This document shows, piece by piece, positions 27,065 through 40,859 of a stretch of 64,000 nucleotides of DNA; the stretch's first letter is position 1, and the number at the start of each line of letters is the position of its first letter. The position numbers and the translations under genes are program-made. Origin of the DNA: Octopus sinensis (lineage: Eukaryota); assembly GCF_006345805.1 (NCBI RefSeq), contig NW_021832415.1, forward strand, positions 16,045 to 80,044, written 5' to 3'. The notes beneath the pieces were generated by a model, which had not been told where the DNA came from, made no database searches, and worked only from the letters and a program-made list of their open reading frames with translations.

Positions 27065-27569
27065 TATTAAGTACAAATACAGGCAAACGGCATCTTTAGC
27101 TTGCGCACTTTTAAACAGAGATTCACACAAATTCTCATTTTCTTGTATATGATTGTATATTTATTGCCAATCAATTGCAATAAAAATGGTGCTAGACATT
27201 TTTGAGTAAATATTTAAACATCAAATTATTTCGAATATGAGTATCAAATTGGTACCCAGAAAATTTAGTAATGTCACTAGAAAAAATTTTAAATGTTTGT
27301 GAAAAACTTAAAAATTGAAATACATTAAAAAAAGTCGATTTATAGCAAATGTAATTTTTCGAGACTATAAACATCACCCATTCCCATTTCCTCGATATAT
27401 TGTAAAAGAAAATACGAACCAATAAATAACAACAAATATATTTCAAAATTTTATTAAACACGTTTTTAATCATTCATTTAAGTTTGATTGTCTAATTAGG
27501 TGTATAGTCTCGATCGTTGGTAATGGCCAATTTGTATTATTTGGATGACCAGTATCTGAAAGAATCTCT

Positions 27570-27700
27570 ACTCCAACGTAGTCTTATCGGGTGGAAGCAC
27601 TTTGTACTCAGGAATGGCCGCTAAAGTGAGCAAAGACTTCAAAAATCTTTATGAAATTCCAAGGCCATTTTTAAAACTTGATTATGGAATTGAGGAGGTG
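27570..27700 (+). pseudogene. Isolated actin/ARP-like fragment
   Basis: NLYSNVVLSGGSTLYSGMAAKV resembles the actin-family motif. No flanking exons recognised. Confidence 0.45.
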
Positions 27701-29209
27701 GTTTGGTCCTTCCTAAATTCAACACACAAAATATAGAATTATAACCCAACCAAAAAAGCATATTTTACTGGAATTTAATTAATGTTTGAACTGATTCAGT
27801 TGTTTTTCAGTCATTTCATTAACATTTTCTGAGGCAAAAATGCGTAACGAGCTATGCTGATGCACAATGGAATGACAGTTGTGTTTATAAGTCTCTACAG
27901 GCTTATCTGTATAGTAGAGGGTATAATTAAGCTGCTTCAGATACGAGACCCTTCCCGAAATTACGGCATCTTTTCAAGAATAATATGTTTATCGAAGTGA
28001 CCCACAACGAATCACGCTTTCTCTCAAACATTTAATCAATTTAAACAATTTTAAATAATTTTTTGATTTTTAATGATTTAAATAATTGATTTTTTTGTTG
28101 ATTAAAATTAAACGATTTAAATTACACAACCCTGATTTATACTAAAACTGACCCTGGGACATCGTCGTCTCAGTTTGATCATTGTGAGCAGGATCGTACC
28201 TTTCAGAAGGATCTCCCTCAGTTTGATCGGGGGATTATAATTAACTGGCTTACCCTGGTCCTTTGGTCAATAAAGTATTTAAAGTATAGTAAAATTAGTC
28301 GATTCTAAATCATCAAGCAAATATAAAGGTGAATATTGTGTTATTATTGTCGTTAGATCTTCATGAAGTTTTCATTAAATAAACATTCCTTCGCTTTCTT
28401 AATAAGCAAAGAATCTTTTTCTAAGGAAGTGCATACTGGAATAACATTTGGCAGGTTTGTAGCATAATCATTATTTTTGGACTAAAGTCTAACACTGAAT
28501 TGAAATTGACTTATATTGTCTCTAGTAATAATATTTAAGTCAGGTCGTATTTAAAACTGTGGTTTATAAATATCGGCTTTATAGAGCCCCCGCTTGTTTC
28601 CAATGAACACAAAATCAGTCTTGGTGTCAGTGAAAAGCTGACGGACGACAAATTCTACGCCTTCCTTGTGTATATATACGTCTTTGCTGGAGACGATTCT
28701 ATAGTTATGGATGTGCTTTCCTATTTATAGACATGACTTTGCCGTGATGAAGTAGAAGTAGACACTTTTTTCATGTTAGGTAATACTAATAGTTTGTGTT
28801 AGTTTAGTCTTAGTAGGGTAGATCATGTCCCCTACACACTGCTTACTCACCAAACAACTCTATTTCTTCTCCCATCTATTAATGTCGTGGCTTCACCTTT
28901 GTTGTTATGTTTTAGTGAAACAGGGCTATGTTAGATTATTTATAATACTAATCAAAGTAATGTAGTCATAGTACGTTCTGCCCCTTTTTTAATTATGAAT
29001 TCTATATCAGTGAGTATAGAGTGTAGTCCCATTGGGGCTCATTGCACATATAGTGTTCAGAAAATAAAAATTCTTTTTGAATTAAATTATTTTGATTAAA
29101 ATAACGTACGTAAATTAATAAAGTGAAACACTATCGGTAAATGTCGATTCATCAATTTGAATCAAAAATCTTGTTGTTCTTAAAAATAAACATAAAGTTT
29201 CAGATCCCA

Positions 29210-29460
29210 TTTAATCAATTCTGGAGGAGACTGAACTATTACTAAAAGAAATTGATGAAATTATCTGTTCAGAATCACAATCAACCATTAAATTTAGCAC
29301 TTCTTTGACAGATGGTAAGATTAAAGACTATTGAATATTATGAGGTTTTCCAGATTTAGCTATCAATTCTGATACTTTGTATGATGCTAATAGGTCTTTT
29401 AAAACTTCTTCGAATTTTTTGTAAATATTTGATTAATCATAAGCCGATTTTTATAATTTA
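29210..29460 (-). mobile_element. hAT (ZBED5/SCAND3-like) transposase fragment
   Basis: ASYKVSELIAKSGKPHNI..LILPSVKE..SNSSVSSRI. Confidence 0.75.
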
Positions 29461-30423
29461 TCAGACATTTTTAAATATTAAATAAAATTAACAAATATTT
29501 TTTAATATTATCAGAAAATTTTTGTTTAAGTACACACAAAACAATTTGAATTTAGAATTAATAGAAAAGCACGGGATAATGATTTAGAAAAACTAATACA
29601 AATATTTATAATAATTGCCTCTCTAAAATGTTCTAACATTTAAAAACACACGTTTTTGGGACTACAAATAGGGATGTCGGACAAAACAAACTAAATCAGG
29701 GAATGTTTCAATACTTACAAATGTTTAGCCATTCTATTTAATGATATAAAAATTGATTTTTTTTTATTTCCTGGAGACTATTTCTTATTTGTTTGGGGGG
29801 TTCCTAGATTTTTCCGATCAGTACCTCCTCAACTGTCCTCTTCGATCCACCTCCTCGACTGCTCCCTACCTTAATCACACTGACCTATTTGACAAAAATC
29901 CCTTTCTTACAACAGTCAATAAATCGAATAGCTTTGTCGAATAAACAGGCCATTCCCAATGATATGGACAGTTCTAAAATTTATAGAAAAAAACGGCATC
30001 GCCTAAGACTGTTGGTGAATAAAGACTGTCTCATACAGTCTTTTAAGTTATTGGAAGGCAAAAATTGTCATGAAACGTGATTTCTAACATTTCCGAATCT
30101 TCGAGAAGGTTTTTGTTTTTAAAAACAAGAACCGAGTTGGCCAATCAACATTTTGTGCAATACTTCAGGCTATTTTATACATAGAACCATCTGATGAGAC
30201 GTTGGCCTACTGTAGAGAACATAAAAACCAACATGTTGTTAAGGTCCCAGTATTTTAAAAAGGTTAACCAGTATATAAAAAAATAATTATAAAGATAACA
30301 TTAAAAATTAAAAAAAAATCTAAATATAATTAACAACGCAATCTGTTACTTTGTAATTATTTATAATTATTTAGTATCTGTTACATTTTAAAAATATATA
30401 ACAATTAATTAGAATATTAATTA

Positions 30424-31330
30424 ATGATTTATATTATTTTTATACATATTATTCAAATAACAAGTACACGTGCCTGTTGGGACATCTCCCATTCACTTGT
30501 TTGCTCGTTTCCCGCCTCTGATAAACAAAATTCAATCAAATGCAGAGAAGATACAAAACAAATGTTTTATATTTTTAAAGTAATTAAGTTTGATTCAAAA
30601 TTCTCGAATTGTGGCCATAAATTCTACATTTTTCAAAGACTGTCAAAAAGTTGTTAAAATGTTTTTGTGATAACTTAATTTAAATCAGACTGATTCTTAG
30701 CTCCAATGTAAAATTGTTTCAACCTTTTGGATTGAGAAATTTGAAGAATCTGCAGGAAATGTAAAAAGATAAAAATATTTAAGAATTTTAATCAGAAATC
30801 ATATTTCAGAAATTCAAAAAGACGCATTTGCTGGACTAAAGTTTTTAAAATCAGTGTAATTTAAATGAATATAAAGCGATAGTAAAATGGTGAAAAATAT
30901 TATTGAATTTGAAAATAAAAATGTGTTTGAAAATATCAGTGTTATTGGTTAAGATTTATTGTTTAATATAGGGAGGTACACCAGATTTTAACTTAATCAT
31001 AAGTTTATTATTTAATAAAATGATAATTTTTACTATTTAAAATAGTATTTTCGTTCAATCAATTAAAAAATACTTCTCAGCAACTTCTGACAAAAATCAA
31101 AAAATTGCATTTTTTTACCAATTTTGATAACATACAAAAGGAGATTTCTTTACTCCTACTCCTATATTTACTTATAAACGAATAAAGCTAGAATATGGAT
31201 AGTGCCCGATTATACTTTAGCCTGTTTGTTTATCTTACATAAAATTAAACGAATAAACTTGGAAAATGTCTTTTAATGGTCAGATGTTCATATCCCAAAG
31301 AGAATTAATCACACATCAACCCAAATTCTC
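30424..31330 (+). CDS. Secreted or receptor LRR protein, multi-exon, 3' end unresolved
   Basis: Signal-like N-terminus with Cys cap. Spliced GLRNLKNLQEI|ILIRNHISEIQKDAFAGLKFLKSV with short phase-2 introns. Confidence 0.58.
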
Positions 31331-31559
31331 TAAACATCTTTAAATTAAAAAAAACTTATTGCGATATGCGGACACACACAAGGAACGTTTCATATCAACA
31401 TTTGAATAAATAGTTGTTATGTACAATTAACGGAATGATAAAGAAATATATCAACTCAATGACAAATACACAGTTGAAGAAACAGCTTGAAAAATTACGT
31501 TGATGACTCATCAAGAAAAGCATTGTTCAAAATGACTTGAGATCAATTAAATGTATGGC

Positions 31560-31660
31560 AAATTTATATAAACTGGCTACAAAGTCTGTCAGCAAAGCAA
31601 TGGTTGTTCAAAAGAATCTCCATAGCGATTCTAAGGGACAACGCATTCTTTATCATAAGT
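31560..31660 (+). mobile_element. Old CRE-like 3' end
   Basis: KQWLFKRISIAILRDNAF. Confidence 0.55.
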
Positions 31661-31799
31661 AATTTTGGAATAAGAAATAGAAAAAATAAACTCATTTATA
31701 ACCATAATCAATGAGAATAATGACATTGTATGAATTTAGAAACAAGTTTTTCCACATTTGTTTTTATGTTTGTAAGACGAAGCTGTAGATCTCCTCAAC

Positions 31800-31930
31800 A
31801 ACGTCTAAGCGGTTAGGCGAAATTGCTGGAATTCTGAATTTTTCTCCAATTGTGCGAGGTTTATCAGATTTTGCGATGAGTAAAGCAATATTATATGATA
31901 CAAAAGGAATATCTTCATTCCTTGATTATC
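31800..31930 (-). mobile_element. hAT transposase fragment
   Basis: VSYNIALLIAKSDKPRTIGEK. Confidence 0.6.
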
Positions 31931-32666
31931 AAAAGTAAATATATTCGCCCATTTCTGTTGATTTTGGTGTTGTATCATTGGTTGGAAAATTTTGACGAAA
32001 ACTAACGAACTATTCTTTTAGTTACTAACTTTGTCATTTTGTAAAATATTAGCCAATTTATTAACTTTTATCTCAAGTACAGCTGATTTATTAATATCTA
32101 TCATTTTAATAATCGTGGATTGTTTTTGGACAAAATTTTCAGGTCATTGATGATCTTGACCGACTGGTAGGCACTTTTATGAATTTTTCAGTTAATACTC
32201 AAATGGTTCATAATCTAAACAAACAGTTGTGCTGACAATGAGTCCTTTTGACAATTTGTCGATCTCATGATTGTCCTGATTTCATGCTTGTTAATAATTA
32301 ATTTATGTTGCCTTTTAACACCAGTGAATTACATACTTGAGGATTGTTTTAAAAATACAATTCATTTTTTAGATTTGTAAGTTATATTGTAATGCGCTGA
32401 AATTACAACTGTCGGCGAACCAGCCTATGCGCAACAAAAACTATAAACTCATCATTGGTGAGTAAAAAATCAAAAATATGCATTAAATACTACCTCGTTT
32501 GTTGTCCAAGATAATGTCATCAAAAGATTATTAACGTGGGAATGAGCATCACCCGCAGTGTATTTCAACTAGATAGGTATGTAAAGTGACTTGATTTGAT
32601 CACGTCGAAGACTCAATTTTAATTAGTTTATTTATTTACTAAAGTTATATTTGTACAATATTTACA

Positions 32667-32967
32667 ATGACCTCTAATGTTGTGATAGGGCAGCCCTTCA
32701 GTAATATGGATATTTATTCAGAACAAAAATCAATAAAATCGAATATATTCAGTTTAATTGTGAATCAACCAATATTTACACTTGGTTGGATTACTTAAAG
32801 TAATTTCAGGATTAACGGGAGCAGGAGTGTCCGTGATTGTCGGATTGCGTGCCATGTCCAGAGGGGATCAGAAACTGTCGCAATCAATGATGAAGACTCG
32901 TGTGGTCTCACAGTTCGTTGCCTTTTGTGGTCTTATCTACGCAATATCGAAAACCACTAAGCACTGA
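32667..32967 (+). CDS. HIGD: HIG1-domain mitochondrial inner-membrane protein
   Basis: Introns 32701-32721 (21 nt) and 32785-32809 (25 nt) give an uninterrupted frame: MTSNVV...NQPIFTLGLTGAGVSVIVGLRAMSRGDQKLSQSMMKTRVVSQ. Confidence 0.8.
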
Positions 32968-33059
32968 CTTGTTATGTTTAAAACCTATCTGTTACATCTA
33001 AACTTTTCAAGTCTATTCAAATGGTATAAATAAGTCCATTCTTTTCCTCATAAGAAAAC

Positions 33060-34490
33060 AATCTTTTATTAACAAAGTCGTTCAAACTGTTTTACCTGCT
33101 GCTGCACGTTATTAAAGAAATATAGATAGACAGTCTCAGATACTCAGGATTAGCTGTATCGTTCCGAATGGCACGTGTTTTCCTCATTCGGTCTAAATTT
33201 AAACTTGGTTTTTTATCCATGTTCTAGAAAAGTGGATCAATAAGACCTACTTTGTTAGAAAATTGAGCAGCCGTGAGTTGGCGGTCGAGATAAGTCAGAT
33301 AACTCGAATTCAACTTTTCAAACTACATTCAATAGACTCTAACATTCAACTGTCCTCATGTGGAATCACAATTGATGCAATATTGACCAGAGTGATTCTA
33401 CAGGCCATTCGGTTTGATGTAATGTTAGAGAGGCATGTTGAATAACTCTGGAACTCAAAACAACGAAATGGACTGGCTGACATGACAAAGTGACTATACC
33501 GAGTAATTAAGGCAGATATATAGGCACATCGCCACTCCCGTGTTTGCAGACCTGTTTTCCCTCACATTCCTTAGCATTGGTCGTCCAATGCCAGTCAAAC
33601 AGGTGGTTTTCAGGACAATAAAAGTCACGGTCCAACTCAATTACCCAAAATCTGGCCTTCTGCCTTTCACGAACACTTTTTTTGCCAAAATATCCGAATA
33701 ATATCACTCACTGAAAATCCATTTTTGCATTCCAAAATTTACACGCATACAAGCAGCCAAATGCTTGGTTTCGCTTCGTCTGCCTTGCTTCCCTGATGCT
33801 CCATCACTTGTGAGTAAAATAGAACATAGCTGGTAAAAATTGATGTTTGGCCATTGGTCATTATTTTATAGACAATGAGAGATTAATAAACTAGTATCAT
33901 ACTTTGTCAGGTTATTCTCTTTTGTTAAAAATTTGAAATATTTACGAGTCCAAACTGAAACTGCGAAACATCACCGACATGAGTCTCTTTCGGCCAGACT
34001 AAACAAGAACATAAAAATTTGTTGAAGAAACTGACATTTTTGGAAGAAAGGTTATAATTTCGAGTGATTTGGGATATTCTCGAATACTCTTAGGCAAACT
34101 AATAATAATAGAAAGTACTCTCAGAGATTGTCTGGTTGACGATGTGCAGAAGTGGTGAGTGCAGTGCGACTATTCGATTTACTTTACGAGTTGATTTGTA
34201 AGCAAAATAGAGAATTCTCGTTAGTTACGAACCCATAAACGCCTTTGGCAATAACGACTATCATTGTTTGTGATTTTGTGTTAGTTAAGCGACTTACGGC
34301 CGGGTTAGTTGTAAGAAAAATTTAAGATATTCTGGGTAAGGTCAAGAATTAAGCGCTCGGCATTACGTCAGTTGAGGGAGGGAGGAACAGGGCTACGTCT
34401 CCGTCTGCTATTCTCAAAAACTCATTCTTGTTTATTAGGCGTTGTTTTTGGTCCGTTCTTTGCCATTTTCACAACTCAATGTCATCTTTA
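33060..34490 (-). other. Probable multi-exon gene of unknown function (duplicated at about 43660-44850)
   Basis: Higher-GC exon-like blocks with short GT-AG introns; weak C2-like RKTRAIRNDTANPEY. No gene model resolved. Confidence 0.25.
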
Positions 34491-35520
34491 AGATTAAAAA
34501 AATAAATACATTTCCAACTCAATTTTTGTTAACATTGATGATTGATTAAAAAATAAATTAAACTCTGTGGTCAATCGAGACAAAACCACAGAGGTTTCTT
34601 TTTTAGTCCATTTTGTAGTTTTTTGGCGAGCAGCAAGTACCAATAACATCAGAAATGTAATACTAAACAAACAAATAAAATATAGTTTACATGAGATCTC
34701 TTCTTAATAAAAATAAAAATTATTTTATTAAAATTAAGTTAGTAAACTATGGTTAACCTATCTTTAAAAAAAGCCTAATAAATTAAGCACGCTGATACAC
34801 GTAATTGGTTTAGTTTGTGTTATTATTGGTATTTTTCACATTCTTATTTAATTGATTTGGAAGGAATAATCTTTTATGAACTTTCTTTTACTGATTAAAG
34901 AATTTGAAATTCATATTTTTATCATTTATACGATTTTATTCCTTCAAAGTCAATTTTTTGTATTATTTTAATATGAGTCATTTATATATGCAAACTATCT
35001 GAGATGATGGTTCAAATGATTTTTTCTTCTTTATCCTATCTTCAAAAACACCTTTATGCTTTATAATTATATCTAGAGTCATTTCACGAAACTAAAATAT
35101 TGATTATTAAAAATATTTTTGGAGAGTTCTGCTTATTCGCTCAAAGTCGGTTTGGGATAGTTCTAAAATTGCTCTATATTTATGAAACCTCAATTTGTCA
35201 AGAATTTGTGTAATCAGACGGACATTCCCTGAAAATTCCGGTAAGAAATTCTTTGAAAAAATGTAATTTTGTCAACTCCGTTTTTATCTTAAAGATTAAA
35301 AAATAAATACATTTCCGACTCCCATAGTTGTATTTTATTGTTCTTCTGGAGTCTGCGGCAAGCAAGACTTCTCCATAATATTTGATTTTTATAATTGTAG
35401 TTCCACACTCAAATTAATTGCAAGTTAAAACAAATTTTCATCACTTTACATCTGACAAAAATTATTTTGGCTTCTCTTTTTCTATTAATCGATTTGATTT
35501 ATATTTTTCAAATTATAATA

Positions 35521-36060
35521 CAGTGGAACTTGTCTAAACCGGACTCCGACGGGACCATGAAAATCGGCCGGTTTATAGAGAGATCCGGCTTATCAAGGTT
35601 TTGCATTAACTTGCATTTATTTTCAAAACGCTTTTTCTTGCTGTTTCCATTTTCATCGTACACTCCATGTAATAAAAACCGGATTTTCGAATGCTTAATT
35701 TTTTTGATGTTCTGTTTTTAATTTTAGACTTTTTTTTTAATTTATAATGATAATCTTCGTAACTTTTCTTTTTATAATTTTTCAATAATCTTTTTGTACA
35801 GCTAAACTGACTATATTAAATTTTTTCTGTGTAAAAAAAAACCGGATTAGAAAAAAAGTCAAATGATCAATAATTAATGTGTCCTCCGTGTGCCTTATAA
35901 AGCTCAATGCTTCTTCTTGGCATGCTTTCAGTTAATTTTTTCACAAATTCCATTGGTATTTCGTCCCAAATTTTTATGATATTTTCGCATAAATCCTTTT
36001 TACTATGCAGCTTTTTTTTACTCAGTTCTTCCTTTATGTAGCTCCACAGTGTGGAGTCCA
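35521..36060 (-). mobile_element. Tc1/mariner remnants (second copy 45637-46160)
   Basis: TA|CAGTGGAAC terminal motif and Tc1 C-terminus LWSYIKEEL..IKIWDEIP..KLTESMPRR..GGHINY. Confidence 0.75.
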
Positions 36061-36290
36061 CACATGTTCAAATCATTAGTAATTTTAGTTCTGCGTCTTC
36101 AATCCAAAAAATCGGAATTTTAGGCTATTTATTCGTATATAAACTTTTCCATCAACAAGAGAAAAAGTTTCTAAATGCTGTTTGACTTTATATCTCTCTT
36201 TCTTTCCAAAAGTTCATCGAAATTTTGGGATTCTTTACATTTTTTGATTTTTGACAACGTATTTCTAGTCAAAACCATAGACACATTTTT
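36060..36290 (-). mobile_element. Ginger-family N-terminal fragment (second copy 46170-46395)
   Basis: FSLVDGKVYIRINSLKFRFF resembles FDFLDGAPYITKDGLKLRFF of 4727-6611. Confidence 0.55.
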
Positions 36291-36303
36291 CTTTTTGAAA
36301 ATA

Positions 36304-38010
36304 CAGTACGATCCCGCCCCAATAGAAAAGTGCCCCAAATATAGAGGGTGCCCCTAAGATAGAGGGTATATATAATTTTTACATTTTAAAACCGATTACC
36401 AACGGATGCTCTTTATCTCCTTCCATATTTGTGCATAATAACAGTGTTATTCGTTTTTTAGAAAATTTTCCTGAAGCCCTTGATTCGGAGTCAAGAACTA
36501 ATGTTTTTTTGGAGTACATTTGAAAAAAAGGGCAGTTTCATCGCAGTTGTAAAAATTTTTCGATCCATATTTTTTTAACATGGCTGCAAAGCGTTCATAT
36601 GAATCTATAAGCAAAACGGGATCCACTAATTGTTCTTCTCCAGAAATCGTGAGTGTTTTTATTTTATACTCTTCCTTAAAGCGTGAAATCCATGGGTGAG
36701 ATGCTTTGAAATTTTCAATATAAAATCGTTGAGCAATTTTGAGTGCCATTTCGCGTACCATTTCATTAGTTATGGTGTGATTACAGAAACGTTTGTTCTG
36801 AATCCATGCATATAGTGGTTCATATATCTTATCAGTACAACTTTTAAATGTAATATTTCTTTTTGTTTGTGACGCCTTGATCAATACAATTGCATTTTCT
36901 TCAACGTTGAATTGATCACTCCAATAGGCATATTAAACCGCTGAGCCAAATTTTCTTGAGTAACATCAGGATTATTTTTCTTGAAATCAATAACTTCCAG
37001 TTTTTGTTGAATTTGATAAGTTTTTCTTTTTTTCTTCATATTGTTCACCCTTGCACACATGGTTTACTACAAAGAAATAGCGAGGAAAAATTATTTTAAA
37101 ATTTTATCAAAAATTTTAATTTTCGTTATTTAAATATTCGTTAAATATATTTAAATATTCACTAATACAAAGAAAAAAAATTTTATTTTTGAATTTATCT
37201 AAGGAAAAACGTAAAAAAATATTTTGACTTTCGTAAAATGAATATTTTCGTTAAATTTTTTTTCGTTAAATGGATAGTCTACTGTATCTGTATTTTTAAT
37301 AATAAAATATGTTTTTTCGTATTAAAGAAGAGGAATTAATTTATTCTATGAAAAATAATCAGTTATTTTGAATCCAGTGTTATATTTATTTCTTAGAATC
37401 TTCGACATTTTTATCTTGAATTCATAGTATTCTTTGAGTCCTTTGAGTCCAAAATTTTTCTGTTGTTAAGGTTCGATGCAATTTTTTTTGCAACAGTTTT
37501 CAGGAGAAATCCTGAAACTGAAATTCCATCTTCTCTCAAATTTTTAAAAACTTCAAAGACTAATCGATCAATTTGAATAGAAAGATCTGATTCAAAGTTC
37601 TTAAACGAGTGTTCATCAGAGCACGTTTCTGCTTTTGAAAATCCTTTTACAATTTCTTTTTTAATTCTTGAGACAGTTCCTTTCCCAATATTATATAATC
37701 GACAAATTTTTCTTTCAGAATATCTCCTTTCATTAATGATTCGGAAATCTTTGCTTCAAGTTCCGACTAAGCTTAGCTGGCATGCTTAAAAATATTTAAA
37801 AATTAATTTTAATAAAGAATAAAAATGAAATAATAAATTTTAATATTATCGATTGAAAAAGTGCCCCAATAAGCGGGGTTTCGTAGCTTCTTATTGGTCA
37901 AAAAATATACAAAAACTGAAAAATCGTTCAAAATAATTTTTATTAAAAAAATCGCCCCAAAAACAGAGGGTGCCCCAAGGCCGGGGTTTTATTGGGGCGG
38001 GGTCGTACTG
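36304..38010 (-). mobile_element. Tc1-like element with TA TSD, absent from duplication copy 2
   Basis: TIR CAGTACGA(T/C)CCCGCCCCAATA; empty site at about 46400; HTH remnant MPAKLSRNLKQ. Confidence 0.88.
36498..37284 (-). mobile_element. Nested Tigger-like (CENP-B HTH/DDE_1) fragment
   Basis: LYAWIQNKR..FKASHPWISRFKEEY..YNCDETALFF, with one TIR CAGTAGACTATCC. Confidence 0.82.
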
Positions 38011-39984
38011 TAATTGATAAATATGTATTTATGACTGTTAATAAATTTCAAAATAAAGTTTTTAATAAAATTAATTATTAAGTCTTTTAATTCTTACAGC
38101 CTGACATCAAGAATGTAATCTGAACAAAAAAAATTTTAAATCGTAAAAATTTTAGACATATTCACGTGTTAATTGTGAAATAATAAGATGTTAAGAAATT
38201 TCCCATCAAATTTATAAGGACCTTAAATAGACACAAAAATGTACACTCTATCATGGGATCTCCTATTAATAAAATTTACGTGGTTGATTTAGTTATATGT
38301 CGTGTTTATTTGATTCGATTTGGAAGAACTAGCTCTATCAACTTTCATTTACTTATTATAGAATTTGAAATTCAATTATTTTTATCATTAATTTTGATTT
38401 TATTTCTTTAAAGTCAATTTTTTATTATTTAGACATTTTTATATGAGTATATTATCTGAAAGGTGACAAAGTTTAACAAAAAATATTTTCTTAGCGAATA
38501 ATTTAAACATTAATTAAGAGAGGAATTAAAAGGCAGTCCAGAATATCTGGAATATAAAAAATTTCTAGAGACGTAAAGAAATGAATAAGTCAGAAATGCA
38601 ACTTATCAAATTGAGATATAAGAGGTCCAGTTAGGTCGATTGTAGTCCACAGTTCAGTGAGTCGAACAAATGTCTGAAGATTTATGATAAGTTTATAGAT
38701 TGCCCGAAAAGACTCGAAATGGATGAAATAGTCTACAACTTGATATATATTCATGATAGTTATTTACTTGCTATTCGCGAGTAATTTTTTTATTATCATA
38801 ATTACCCTGGACTTCTCCAGTGGAACTATACTCCTCGATATTTATCAATTTTGTACCGAAATGTCGCTTTGTGCAAATAAAACAGCATTTGTGGGTGACT
38901 TTTTGGTATCTCAGGTCTACTCTCTTTGAATAATATCAGCATTGAAAAAAAATGATTTGCCGACAAGTCCTTTTCTTATCTCCTGGATAGCTAATCTCTA
39001 ATGAATGTTCATAGTTTTGTCATTTATTTGTGTTTTTTCTAAAAGTTTATCTGTTTAATGAACAAGACGCAATTCTATAAGGTTCTTCAATAATTAGATA
39101 TTTGATTGTCAGCTCCGATTGATTGAATTAAAAGGACTCATCTAAAAATTTTAATAAAATTTCTTTTTTTCCTTTATTTATGGTCTTTACTGTGATTATT
39201 TCTACTTTTTCGCACTAATTTACCGAAAAGCTATTTTTTAGAATGTTTATTCTTTATTTAAAGTCAGGCAATAGGTTAATATCTTTTAATAATTTTTATT
39301 TAGTAAATATGATTTTGACCACTAAGAATCGAAGTAAGTTTGGGCAGTATTTTAAAACTATTTTTTAACAACTTAAATATAATAACACACTAGCGGATAA
39401 AAACCAACAATATTTGGTTTGAATATAAAAAATATTAAATTTACTAATATTAGGGCGTGTCGAATGAATCAAATTGACTATTTTTTAGCAATTAGTTATA
39501 GAGACGTAAAGTACTCTATAATCAATTGTAATATTATTTTTAATTAAGAATAGATCCGAAAGAAACAAAAACTCATAGTAAAGAGTTTAGTCGGCCCTAA
39601 AATATTACAACAATATCAAACAAATTCATTCCCTGTTATTATCCTTATCTGTGGAGAAAAATATCAAACTTATAGACAAAAAGTGAATATCATTATTAGA
39701 GTCGACAATTCAAAATTATATATTTTCTTGTTTGGGACAGTTAATTAGAATTGTATTCTGGAAATAATCAAAGACTATTTTCGTTTGTTTCGATCATTTA
39801 AAAAATATGAACAAAATTAGTGTTGTGAGTTTATATTTAATTTTTTGATACGATTAGGGTCTTTTATTTTTCTAATTTCAATTTTTCTAAGGAATACAAA
39901 AAATTAGAACGAATATTTTTTAAAAATGCTAATGACTAAAATGCTATTTTAATTAGTTTAAATGATTTATTATTTCTCCAGTAA

Positions 39985-40491
39985 CATGTACGACCGAAAA
40001 GCCACTATTCCGTGAATCACTGTGCCGATGGATGAGATGACCTGACATTAAGAGGAAGACATACCGCCGCCGCGATTATAGAGTTGGGACTGACATCCTC
40101 AAACATGACTCTACTGTTACTTCCCGAAATGATAGCCGAAATGGCGTAGAACACGCACAGGAGTCCATTTAGAATATTTCACCCATGTGCACGTGTTTTT
40201 CATTGAAGCGAGATTGAGTTTGAAGAAACATAATGCAATGTTAGTAGATTGGACAGAGAGACGTCATGCCTGTGAATACCACGATCCACATCACCCTGAA
40301 ACCCCACTCCTCCCCCATCCACACGCTGAACCCGGGATTGACAGAAGCACTGATCACCACTGAAATAGCCACACTCTGCTCAGTGAGGTCACAATCATAC
40401 AAAAAGCACACTCTTATCCAAAAGTGATTAGACTTGAAATAGCTCTTGTCGTATATTTGGATTCGTCTGGACTTTGTTCGGGAAGTGACAT
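39985..40491 (-). CDS. MARVEL-domain (CMTM/plasmolipin-like) protein, copy 1
   Basis: Homolog of 48890-49378, with apparent frameshifts and an 8-codon in-frame expansion. Confidence 0.5.
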
Positions 40492-40859
40492 TCTGTCGGA
40501 TTCCAATAAAATAAATGAATAATTAACCCAATTTACTGATTTTATTAAAATAATGTAACGGACAGGCATTAATGATATATAAACATATTCGTATTAGATG
40601 AACAAGAAATTATTATTATGGTAAAATTTCTACAAAAAGGACTATTTATAGACTAATTGAGGGCATACTCAGTCGTGGCTTATCGATATAAATTCAAGGC
40701 ATATTTTGTGAGATTCTTAATATATTTATAAAAATGAATAATTATTTAATTATAAACACAGTAAAGTAAATTTATTATTTAAATAAAATATTTAAATTAA
40801 TTTATTTGTTGTGATGCAAACCCACTCACTTATTCGCCCTTCTGGTCCTAAAAACATAT

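Noticed and set aside
34560-34597. Hairpin TCTGTGGT...ACCACAGA as a possible Helitron end or ncRNA
   Set aside because: No CTRR terminus at the expected spacing and no second copy (it is deleted in duplication copy 2).
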